From contig CAWUJX010000001.1 in assembly GCA_963922635.1 (NCBI GenBank), positions 1 through 63,113 on the forward strand: DNA of 63,113 nucleotides. The letters are read 5' to 3'. Shown here in pieces: positions 55,906-63,113 of this stretch. This DNA comes from an uncultured Hyphomicrobiales bacterium (GTDB lineage Bacteria; Pseudomonadota; Alphaproteobacteria; Rhizobiales; Rhizobiaceae). Each line of letters starts with the position of its first letter. Positions within the stretch are counted from its first letter, which is position 1. The translations under genes were made by a program, and so were the position numbers. The notes beneath the pieces are model-generated. The model did no database searches, had not been told where the DNA came from, and was given only the letters and a program-made list of their open reading frames with translations.

Positions 55906-56682
55906 TCAACCAAAACACTGATCATCAGCAATTTGCTGCTTAATCATGTGTTGAATATCAGCTTCTAAATCAGCCTTATATTCAAGCAATAATTTCGCAC
56001 CAAGCTTGCATCGTATTTCTTTAGCGCCGCTGTCTGCTTGATTTTCCATAGCATCCGCATATTGGTTCACGATGCTTTCAAAATCAGTGCTTGTTGAGGT
56101 CAGTTCTTGTTCCATCGGTTCTTTAATGATTTTCGGCGCTTCGTCAGAAGGGATTGGCTCACTATAAGCCAGTTCATTTGTATCGGAAGGTTGATTGTAT
56201 ACTGCGTAGAGATTGGCTGGTTGTGGCTCAGAAGTGAAGCAAAACAAATGTGATGGATTTCCATCCATAAAACACTGATCAGGCCCGATAGAAATGTATT
56301 CGGTAGGTTTGCCGTTAAGTGTCGCAGGATATCTCCCGGCATATTGCACCTTGGTGGTTCCTCCAGTCGGCCATTTGAAATTCATGACGCAGTTCTCCGA
56401 GATCATACAATCGTTTGTGGTTGTACACTTCTTTTGAACCGCCAATTTTTCGTTACGCCAGACTTGGCAGAATCCGTACTGCAACGATTGTTTTATCGCT
56501 TGCTTACGCTCTCGCTCTGCCTTTTTCCGATCAATACTATTGCGAACACCATCAATGATGTCGCCTTGGAATTCGTTGAGCAATCCACGAAAGAAATCGC
56601 GAGCCTCATTGGCTGATCCGACAGAAGGCATGCCTGCGCCAACTAAGCACAATCCAAGTAATAAGCTGAGTAGCCTTCTCAT
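55906..56682 (-). CDS. secreted Cys-rich protein, function unknown
   Basis: ATG 56682 gives the signal peptide MRRLLSLLLGLCLVGAGMPSVGSA. There are about 10 Cys and an acidic C-terminal third. Confidence 0.55.
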   Translation of the reverse strand: MRRLLSLLLGLCLVGAGMPSVGSANEARDFFRGLLNEFQGDIIDGVRNSIDRKKAERERKQAIKQSLQYGFCQVWRNEKLAVQKKCTTTNDCMISENCVMNFKWPTGGTTKVQYAGRYPATLNGKPTEYISIGPDQCFMDGNPSHLFCFTSEPQPANLYAVYNQPSDTNELAYSEPIPSDEAPKIIKEPMEQELTSTSTDFESIVNQYADAMENQADSGAKEIRCKLGAKLLLEYKADLEADIQHMIKQQIADDQCFG

Positions 56683-56770
56683 TAACCCCTCCCCTGTGTA
56701 GACTATATCTAAGCACTGGAAACCAATGAACTCAACTGTTGAGGTGTCCAGTCCGCGATGGGAGGTGAAA

Positions 56771-59185
56771 ATGGTCCGCGTAAAAACTCTTTGTCTGCTG
56801 CTCCTCTCCATAATTGTCGCGAGTATGTTAACGCACTCTGCTAGTGCGTTCGGCCTTACTATCCATAAACCGTCAATCCTGAAGAGCGTCGATTGCGCTG
56901 AAATCGGCTGTGTTCACCAAGTTCTTACGGAAGCTGAACGGCAACGAAAACTTAAGGCCGTTCAACGTGAGATACAAAGACGACAGCGTGCCGCTGAGCG
57001 CGAATTACGAAAGAGACAGCAAGCGCAGAGAGATGCTGAACGTCGTAAGCAACAAGCAATTGCTCGACAGCAGGAACGCGAACGTCAGAGACGGATTCAA
57101 GAAGTTCAACGTGAGATCGAAAGACGCGAACAGCAGCAGGCAAAGGCAGCCGAGCGGGACCGCCAGCGAAAGCTAAGCGTAGTACGAAAAGAATTAGCTA
57201 AGCGCCAGCAGCAAGAAAAAGAGCGTCAGCTAAGAGCCGCTGAACGTGAATTGGCGAAACGCCGCCAACAAGAAGCGGAACGACAACGACAGGCTCAACA
57301 GCGAATTGAGCAACTGAACCAAAGAGAACGTGAAAAGTTACTCAGGGATGCTCAGCGCGAGATCGCTAAGCGCCAGCAACAGGAAAAGGAACGTCAACTT
57401 CGAGCGGCGGAACGTGAGCTAGCGAAGCGTCATCAGCAAGAAGCAGAACGTCAGAGGCAAGCGCAAAAACGAATTGAACAATTAAATCAGAAACAGCGTG
57501 AAAGGCTTCTAAGAGACGCACAACGCGAGCTAGCCAAACGACAACAGCAAGAGCAAAAAAGACAGGCTCAACAGCGAATTGAGCAACTGAGCCAAAGAGA
57601 ACGTGAAGAGTTGCTCAGGGATGCTCAGCGCGAAATCGCCAAACGACAGAGAGGTGCTCATAAGCCAAATAACGATGCAAGTAATAAAACACAACGACAA
57701 TTGCGCGAGCTACAAGAGAAAGAACGCTTGCGTAAACTAAGCGCTGCGCGGAAAGAGCTGGCAAAAAGGCAACGTGATCTTGAAGCCGCAAAACGCGCTC
57801 AACAAACCGACAAAAACATTGCGGGATCCAGAAAGAGACTTGAGCAACTAGCCCGTCAGGCCCAACAAGAGCTAGCAAATGGCCAGAACGCTAAAGCGCA
57901 TGAAACGTTAAGAAAAGCCAAGCGGGAAAAGCAACGCATCATTGATCTCAGAAACCGAAACCGGGAACTAGAGCATCAACAAAGGCTTATTCAGCAGGCT
58001 CTGCAGCAACAAGACCAGACAAAGAACAGGCAACAGACTGTCAATCGATTGCGCTCAGCCAATCAGAAGTTTCGTGAGCAGAGCAGAAACGCACAAATTG
58101 CTGAAGCCCAACGGGAACTAGAAAACTCAAACAAAAGTGTCCGCAAATATGCAACCGCATACATCAACGCTACACGTTCAGGCGACAAAGAAGCCGCAAA
58201 AGCAGCTCACGCAAAATACTTGGAAGCCAAAAACCGCAAGGACGCCCTTGAGCAGCTAAATAGGACGTTACAGTCAGGTAAGAAAATTAGACCGATAGCC
58301 GACCCAGACACCCAAGTAGCTAAGGTTCCTAACTCGGAGAACAGCGGCGGACAAACTGGCCAAAGTCTCAGGATCTTGAACCAACCTACCACATCCAACG
58401 AAAAACGGCGAACTACCTCGTCAAACTCGCCGAGTAGTATTTGGAGACCAGTACCCGGAAAACAGGGAGTGGAGTACATTGTAGACCCAACCGATGGAAA
58501 AGTGATCTATCGAGCAAACGAGTTCGCGTCCCGAAAAGATAAAGCGCTAATCCAACTAAGAAATCTAGCACCCGGATATGTCGAGCTTTCGAATGATATG
58601 GCGGAACGGGGCAAAGGGGTATCAAAGAGTGCAGCACACGGTTTGGCGACTCTTGGAAATCAAGTTCAACGCGGAGCTCAATCGCTTTATGATCCCAATG
58701 CCGCTGCTAAAGCAGAACAACGACAGCAGACAATTGATCAGTACCTAAAGCCGAGCGGCAAGCTTCAAGAGCAAGGTGAGGTTCTTGGTTATGCTCTACC
58801 GGCAGGTGGTGCAGCAAAAGGAGCATCCGCGCTTACCAGGCTGAGGCAATTTATTAAACCAAGCGCAAGAAGTATTGCAGCTAGGACCATTAATCTGAAC
58901 CCACGGCAGATTCAGAAAAAATACAACGATCACGCTTTTCAGTTTGGTATCCACGGAAATTACAACAGCGGAAATGCACAGAAATTTGCTTCTGCAATCG
59001 CAAAGCATGTAAAGTCACAGTCAACTAGGGAAATCGCGGGCACATTTAGGAAACAACCTGTGATACACTACATCAATCCGACAACCGGGTTAAATGTAAT
59101 GACTGACCGATCAGGCAATTACATCTCTGGATGGCAACTTAGTCCATCGCAAGTTGAAAATGTCGTTAAGCGCGGTTCCCTGTAG
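56771..59185 (+). CDS. Sec-signal protein with long R/Q/E coiled-coil repeats and a C-terminal toxin-like domain
   Basis: GGAGG RBS before ATG 56771. Signal peptide MVRVKTLCLLLLSIIVASMLTHSASA. About 450 aa are RELAKRQQQE-type coiled coil. The last roughly 110 aa (QKKYNDHAFQFGIHGNY...VIHYINPTTGLNVMTDRSGNYISGWQLS) resemble the KHxxxFG...G-rich pattern of colicin-D-type/polymorphic toxin C-terminal domains (memory-based). Confidence 0.6.
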   Translation: MVRVKTLCLLLLSIIVASMLTHSASAFGLTIHKPSILKSVDCAEIGCVHQVLTEAERQRKLKAVQREIQRRQRAAERELRKRQQAQRDAERRKQQAIARQQERERQRRIQEVQREIERREQQQAKAAERDRQRKLSVVRKELAKRQQQEKERQLRAAERELAKRRQQEAERQRQAQQRIEQLNQREREKLLRDAQREIAKRQQQEKERQLRAAERELAKRHQQEAERQRQAQKRIEQLNQKQRERLLRDAQRELAKRQQQEQKRQAQQRIEQLSQREREELLRDAQREIAKRQRGAHKPNNDASNKTQRQLRELQEKERLRKLSAARKELAKRQRDLEAAKRAQQTDKNIAGSRKRLEQLARQAQQELANGQNAKAHETLRKAKREKQRIIDLRNRNRELEHQQRLIQQALQQQDQTKNRQQTVNRLRSANQKFREQSRNAQIAEAQRELENSNKSVRKYATAYINATRSGDKEAAKAAHAKYLEAKNRKDALEQLNRTLQSGKKIRPIADPDTQVAKVPNSENSGGQTGQSLRILNQPTTSNEKRRTTSSNSPSSIWRPVPGKQGVEYIVDPTDGKVIYRANEFASRKDKALIQLRNLAPGYVELSNDMAERGKGVSKSAAHGLATLGNQVQRGAQSLYDPNAAAKAEQRQQTIDQYLKPSGKLQEQGEVLGYALPAGGAAKGASALTRLRQFIKPSARSIAARTINLNPRQIQKKYNDHAFQFGIHGNYNSGNAQKFASAIAKHVKSQSTREIAGTFRKQPVIHYINPTTGLNVMTDRSGNYISGWQLSPSQVENVVKRGSL
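57197..57637 (+). repeat. 168-bp (56-aa) in-frame tandem repeat: two full units plus a 105-bp third unit
   Basis: Units start at 57197, 57365 and 57533. The third unit is nearly identical at DNA level to the 3' part of the first (CAGGCTCAACAGCGAATTGAGCAACTGA...GGGATGCTCAGCGCGA). Confidence 0.85.
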
Positions 59186-59188
59186 AGT

Positions 59189-59443
59189 ATGAAATTACGT
59201 TCTCAAAATGATGATTTTTGCCTCAGATTAAACAAAAGTGAGGCGCTTGTATTGTTTGATTGGATAGCTGAATTAACCCAATCAAAAAGAGACACTGCAT
59301 TTTTTCATACCGCTGAATACAAGTTGCTTTGCACAATTGAAAACTGTTTAGAAAAAGAGCTGGCTGAGCCAATACTTGAGGAATATGGCAGCTTGCTTTT
59401 TAGTGCGAAGCAAGATGTCCTCAACTCTGACCCAAGTAACTAA
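59189..59443 (+). CDS. small acidic protein, candidate immunity protein
   Basis: 84 aa. ATG lies 3 nt after the toxin-like gene stop. It is acidic and predicted helical, with no signal peptide. Confidence 0.5.
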   Translation: MKLRSQNDDFCLRLNKSEALVLFDWIAELTQSKRDTAFFHTAEYKLLCTIENCLEKELAEPILEEYGSLLFSAKQDVLNSDPSN

Positions 59444-59475
59444 TGTCACATTTTTGATCTAGGTCGTATCAATCT

Positions 59476-60636
59476 TCAAGTTAATGTACAGGCCGAAAAC
59501 GGCTTGGTTTGTACATCATCAATCATCATTTTCACAAACATCTGGTAGTTGGGCAAGTTCACAAGATCACGTGAAGTTGGAACATCTGCGCCGAATTGCT
59601 TTGCCAAAATCGGCGCATCAGCTGCACCTATGCGAAATGAAATCAGTGTTCCTACATTTCCCCAAATAGCTTGCATGACATCAGGGGCAATCGCTGCTGT
59701 ATGTTGTGCTGTCATACACAGATACAGACCATACTTCCGTAGCTCTGCCAGCATATCTGCGAATGATGAACTGGTGAAAGAGGAAAACTCATCAACTATC
59801 AAACTATAAGCTCGTCGCTGTTTAAGCGGAAGATTTTCTCTGCTCATAGCGGCAGCTGACATACTGGACACCACCAAACCACCCAGCACATTGCTGATGT
59901 CTGCGCCCAGTTTTCCTTTGGCAAGATTGATAATAAGTGTCTGACCTTCATCCATCATTTTACGAAACCGTAGAGGCTTTTCTGGATTGCAGATTTTCTT
60001 TCGCACTACTGGATTGGAAAGAAACGAATTGAGCTTGTTGCTAACAGGACTTACGCCGTCAGCGGCTGTGGTGAATTTCAGCTTCTCAAATTCCAGCTTC
60101 CAGAAAGATTTTACATAGTCATCCGCAACATACTGCAAGGCTTTTTGACGAAAGGTTTTATCAAGGAATAAGGGCATGACATCCTGCATGGATGAGTTTG
60201 GGCGAGCTAGTAGTGTTAGGAAAGCCGCCCGCATAAGGCTCTCCATACGCGGACCCCAAGCATCGCTCCAAAGCTTCTTCAGCGTATCAATCAAACCGGA
60301 CGCAACAAGCGACCGATGCTCTTCACTGACATAGGTGAGCGGATTGTAACCATACGGACAATTGGGATTGGCCGGCTCCCAGAAAACGCAATCGTCACCC
60401 GAAATTTGTTGAACTGACTTTGCTAAATCACCATGCGGATCAAGAAGACAAAACCCTCTACCATTCTGGAGGTCTTGTTTCATCAATTGAAGCAGCCAAG
60501 TCGATTTACCCGTCCCGGTTTGGCCAAAACAGGCCATGTGGAACTGGCGATCTTTATATCTGATACCGAATGGTTTCACTGGTGGTCGCCCGTGGGTTTG
60601 GCCAAGTTTAGTAATCACCCCATTGATATGCTTCAT
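59476..60636 (-). CDS. soluble P-loop ATPase, TraD(T4CP)/HerA-DUF87-like
   Basis: Walker A CFGQTGTGKST, LLDPHGD, Walker B SLIVDEFSSF and ELRKYGLYLCMTAQH. The start overlaps the serine recombinase stop by 4 nt. Confidence 0.7.
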   Translation of the reverse strand: MKHINGVITKLGQTHGRPPVKPFGIRYKDRQFHMACFGQTGTGKSTWLLQLMKQDLQNGRGFCLLDPHGDLAKSVQQISGDDCVFWEPANPNCPYGYNPLTYVSEEHRSLVASGLIDTLKKLWSDAWGPRMESLMRAAFLTLLARPNSSMQDVMPLFLDKTFRQKALQYVADDYVKSFWKLEFEKLKFTTAADGVSPVSNKLNSFLSNPVVRKKICNPEKPLRFRKMMDEGQTLIINLAKGKLGADISNVLGGLVVSSMSAAAMSRENLPLKQRRAYSLIVDEFSSFTSSSFADMLAELRKYGLYLCMTAQHTAAIAPDVMQAIWGNVGTLISFRIGAADAPILAKQFGADVPTSRDLVNLPNYQMFVKMMIDDVQTKPFSACTLT

Positions 60637-62228
60637 AAGTGCAAGGGATTACTCTCAGACACACCTTCCTTTGTTGAACGCGTCAATCTCGGCTCATCCA
60701 ATCCCAACTGCTCAAGTCGCTCGATTTCTGGCGACGTGGCAAGTTGCGCAAGCAGATTGACCTGATCATCGATACTGGCAGAAGTTCGAGAACTTGCACG
60801 AGCATCTGCACACCTAAGGATGGCCATTGAATCCTGAGCCGCCTGAAGCCAATTTGATGGCTCAACAAAAATGTTTTTGGCCGACACGCTTCGGTTCGAG
60901 GTCGCCAATTCAACGATTTCTCGTTTTTCCTCTGAATTCCCGTTTTGGTAGTATTCTGCAAGGTTTTTCAGACGTTCGAGAAACTGGCGTATGTAACTTG
61001 GACTTAGCTGATCTTGGGCAATTTTCTTCAGCGATCCTTCCAGCTCTGATCGTTCCAGAAGCAATGCATTTTTGCGCTTTAGAAAGCTCTCACGGTCAAT
61101 GATCTGATCAATCACAGCGTCTTCCAGTTTCTCCAATCGTTCTGCAAGTTTGGATATTTGAAGCTTGATAGAGGCAATCGTTTTCTCAACGGAACGGTTA
61201 TTTGTAAGCGCAGCGACCTTCTTTTCAATCAGCGCAATCACATAATCAGGCAATTTGATTGCTTTGAGGATGCTGTGGATGGCACTGTCCAATTCTTCCT
61301 CGCGAATGCTGTTTCCGGCACATTCAGGAAAGTGACAACGGTAATAACAATGCCCCTTCTGGAGTTCAGGGATCATGGATCGACCACACTGTTTGCAGGC
61401 AAATAGGCCACGGAATAAATGATTGTGCCGGGTGAACTTCTTGCTCTTGCGGTCAGAACGCAAAGCCTGAACACGCTCAAATGTGGCCGTGCTAATCAAC
61501 GGCTCATGCGCACCTTTGTAAGTTTCACCTGTAGTCTTGATACGAATAATGCCTGCGTAAAACGGGTTACCAAGAAACGCTTCAAAGCACCCGCGTGAAC
61601 GGGGTCTTCCATTGGGCTGTTTGAAACCGCGCTTTGCCATTTCCACCCGCAAAGTCTCAAACGAATATTGCCCACTGGCGTACAACTCGAATGATCGTTT
61701 AATGAGTGGGCCAATGACTGGATCAATCGTTTTCAGTTGCTTCTTGCCGTTGTTCAAATAGCCGATTGGAGCGGAGAATGGATAATAGCCACGTTCTAAT
61801 TGCCCACGCTGCCCTTTATGAATTTCTGCCTTTAAGTTGCGAACGTAGTCCTCAGCCACAGCCATTTGAATATTGGCGGTCAGACGACCACCGCGAGACT
61901 GAAAGTCCAGACTCTCAGTAGCAAAGTGAATTTCTACGCCACTGTCGGCTAGTTCACCAACCTTCGCCCAGTCAAAGAAGTTTCGTGCAGAACGGTCGAT
62001 CTTGTGCATGACCACACCATCTGCCTTGCCGGATTTGAGGGCTTTGGTGAGTTCAGCAAACACCGGACGACCCTTCTTGGCTGCCGTTTGTGTTTCCTCA
62101 AACCACTTGCTGATTTTAATGTTGTTTCGCTCAGCGAAGTTACTGATTTCATCTTTCTGAGCATCCAGCGAGATACCCTCGCCCTGCTTTTGGGTGGACA
62201 CCCGCACATAGCCAAAACACTGCTTCAT
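60633..62228 (-). CDS. large serine recombinase
   Basis: Resolvase N-domain CFGYVRVSTQKQ with catalytic Ser, then a recombinase domain, a zinc ribbon (CKQCGRSM...CYYRCHFPEC) and a long coiled-coil C-terminal part. 531 aa. Confidence 0.9.
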   Translation of the reverse strand: MKQCFGYVRVSTQKQGEGISLDAQKDEISNFAERNNIKISKWFEETQTAAKKGRPVFAELTKALKSGKADGVVMHKIDRSARNFFDWAKVGELADSGVEIHFATESLDFQSRGGRLTANIQMAVAEDYVRNLKAEIHKGQRGQLERGYYPFSAPIGYLNNGKKQLKTIDPVIGPLIKRSFELYASGQYSFETLRVEMAKRGFKQPNGRPRSRGCFEAFLGNPFYAGIIRIKTTGETYKGAHEPLISTATFERVQALRSDRKSKKFTRHNHLFRGLFACKQCGRSMIPELQKGHCYYRCHFPECAGNSIREEELDSAIHSILKAIKLPDYVIALIEKKVAALTNNRSVEKTIASIKLQISKLAERLEKLEDAVIDQIIDRESFLKRKNALLLERSELEGSLKKIAQDQLSPSYIRQFLERLKNLAEYYQNGNSEEKREIVELATSNRSVSAKNIFVEPSNWLQAAQDSMAILRCADARASSRTSASIDDQVNLLAQLATSPEIERLEQLGLDEPRLTRSTKEGVSESNPLHL

Positions 62229-62389
62229 ACTTTTTTGGAATTATCTTCCGACTCTATCACATCCTGAAAATCTAGCGAATCTTTCCATGGCCAAGTTCCC
62301 TCAGCCACCATGCGCTCATAAGCTCGTTGGCATAGAGCCAGGTACCGCTCCACTTCGGGCGGTAGTTGTTGATTGTGTTGTTTTGACAT
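62225..62389 (-). CDS. small ORF (54 aa) translationally coupled to the serine recombinase
   Basis: It is below the 60-aa track cutoff, so I translated it by hand: MSKQHNQQLPPEVERYLALCQRAYERMVAEGTWPWKDSLDFQDVIESEDNSKKV. Its TGA overlaps the recombinase ATG (ATGA). Confidence 0.4.
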   Translation of the reverse strand: MSKQHNQQLPPEVERYLALCQRAYERMVAEGTWPWKDSLDFQDVIESEDNSKKV

Positions 62390-62413
62390 GCAGAAAGTCT
62401 AGCTGCTGAGCCA

Positions 62414-62474
62414 GGTTACAACAGACCCCAGTTATACCGTTATCCCGGTTTTGCTGGGGTCTGGTTGTAATACC
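62414..62474. repeat. long imperfect hairpin (10-bp perfect core CAGACCCCAG / CTGGGGTCTG, extended by TTACAA/TTGTAA)
   Basis: Read directly from the sequence. It lies 25-85 nt upstream of the small-ORF start on the minus strand. Confidence 0.7.
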
Positions 62475-62523
62475 TGAAAACGATAGTCTGTCCGGGCGAT
62501 AGGGAAAGAATGGAGTAAGTATT

Positions 62524-62598
62524 GCACTACCACGCGGTTGGTCTTGCTTGGAGGGGTGTTAACCCCTCCATGGAGATTTCCAGACCGCGTGGTAGTGC
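62524..62598. repeat. nested inverted repeats: outer 15-bp perfect GCACTACCACGCGGT / ACCGCGTGGTAGTGC enclosing GGAGGGGT-GTTA-ACCCCTCC
   Basis: Read directly from the sequence. It lies in the 313-bp divergent region between the recombinase operon and the XRE gene. Confidence 0.8.
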
Positions 62599-62702
62599 CA
62601 ACCATGTTCTTTACATCAATTTGATTAGCCGCTCGCTAGGCTTTGTTTGTCTCCCTGTCGCTGTGACAAACAACGCTTAGCGGGAATAATCATTCAAATA
62701 CT

Positions 62703-63056
62703 ATGCATCAAGCATTTGCTCATGACTTGCGAGTAGCGCGCAAGAAAGCGGGACTTTCACAAAAGGACTGCGCCCATTTACTAGACGTTCGTCAACAGCG
62801 CATATCTGCGCTGGAAATAGGTGACGCGATACCCACTGTATCCGAGATATGTGGATTGTCTCTGATCTTCGGGAAAAGCTTCACCAGCCTGTTCACGGCA
62901 GAGTTTGCAGTTGCTCGCCAGTTCATTGATGAGCGGTTAGCAACCCTGCCAGTAGACAAGCGAAACTGGCTGTCCAAGTTCAATCGAACCAACACACTCA
63001 GCAAGATTGCTGACAGAATTGCCACCGATAACCCGCTCGGCAATGGCGGGTTATAG
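62703..63056 (+). CDS. XRE-family HTH transcriptional regulator
   Basis: LRVARKKAGLSQKDCAHLLDVRQQRISALEIGDAIPTVSEICGLSLIFG is a Cro/C1-type HTH. Confidence 0.8.
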   Translation: MHQAFAHDLRVARKKAGLSQKDCAHLLDVRQQRISALEIGDAIPTVSEICGLSLIFGKSFTSLFTAEFAVARQFIDERLATLPVDKRNWLSKFNRTNTLSKIADRIATDNPLGNGGL

Positions 63057-63113
63057 AACGCTGTCTATTGCAGCTGGAACGGGACGCATTGGATATGTGT
63101 ATCTGGAAGACAA
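63043..63113 (+). CDS. 5' end of an unidentified ORF overlapping the XRE gene stop (runs off window)
   Basis: ATG 63043 is open to the window end: MAGYRTLSIAAGTGRIGYVYLED.... There are only 23 codons, so the call is weak. Confidence 0.25.
   Translation, partial: MAGYRTLSIAAGTGRIGYVYLED

Larger units (their letters stand above)
44135..63113. mobile_element. genomic island / mosaic of integrated elements (right boundary beyond window)
   Basis: tRNA-fragment border, a P4-type integrase, an AlpA-like regulator, a second small Tyr recombinase and a large Ser recombinase. There are two T4CP/HerA-like ATPases and a toxin-immunity-like pair. The region is AT-richer by eye and dominated by hypotheticals. 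Confidence 0.7.

Noticed and set aside
44311-63113. Prophage.
   Set aside because: No capsid, portal, terminase, tail or lysis genes are recognisable. The content fits an integrative island or IME-like mosaic instead.
1-63113. Search for CRISPR arrays, rRNA genes, IS elements with terminal inverted repeats and transposases, and riboswitch-like leaders.
   Set aside because: None was seen by eye. The only regularly spaced repeats are coding (RTX, the 24-bp permease repeat and the 168-bp coiled-coil repeat). A computational scan (CRISPR array, IS and Rfam searches) would be needed to exclude small elements.

Overview
63.1-kb window that looks like an alphaproteobacterial chromosome, judged from the TTT/Bug transporter, the RTX-PA14 protein, the Lrp-IOR pair, the PotABCD-like ABC operons and the moderate GC. 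All family calls come from reading motifs in the supplied translations; no database or HMM search was run. Many ORF-track starts are TTG or GTG codons shown as M, so several starts are re-placed at ATG or GTG codons with better RBS or operon context. Positions 1-44.1 kb are mostly ordinary core genes. They include an ABC permease pair, cobB (Sir2), a GST, trhO, two long coiled-coil proteins, Lrp plus a 1170-aa indolepyruvate:ferredoxin oxidoreductase, and an RTX/PA14 secreted protein. They also hold a UDP-sugar dehydrogenase divergent from a NodC/HasA-like synthase, MFP-like and OM-lipoprotein operon. Further genes are a LivJ-like SBP, Rrf2, a CueR/CadR-type MerR regulator whose textbook 19-bp-spacer operator drives a glutaredoxin-MauE fusion, and a metallophosphoesterase. 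A 5-gene operon encodes a CelD-like protein, a membrane protein, an ATP-grasp enzyme, a FemAB-like protein and a flippase. The remaining core is LacI + TctABC + acylating aldehyde dehydrogenase + CoA ligase, and a PotABCD-like operon with an unusual permease insert. At 44,135 a 3' half of a tRNA(CAT) plus a P4-type integrase open a visibly AT-richer genomic island that runs to the window end; its right border is not seen. The island is a mosaic with three recombinases: a P4-type Tyr integrase, a roughly 200-aa Tyr recombinase and a large Ser recombinase. Candidates for an undescribed system, in my order of preference: (1) the two-gene operon 47228-49236, a single-pass membrane/coiled-coil protein plus an Rx4H HEPN protein with a multi-Cys zinc ribbon; (2) a 25-bp inverted-repeat pair bracketing 118 bp next to the small Tyr recombinase, a candidate invertible switch facing two secreted proteins; (3) the five-gene module 49495-53424, with a membrane-anchored FtsK/TraD/HerA-like ATPase and a replication-relaxation (PD-(D/E)xK-like) protein; (4) a Sec-signal, repeat-rich coiled-coil protein with a C-terminal toxin-like domain plus a small acidic immunity-like ORF; (5) a translationally coupled operon of small ORF, large serine recombinase and T4CP-like ATPase, with nested hairpins upstream. 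No CRISPR array, rRNA or intact tRNA was found.
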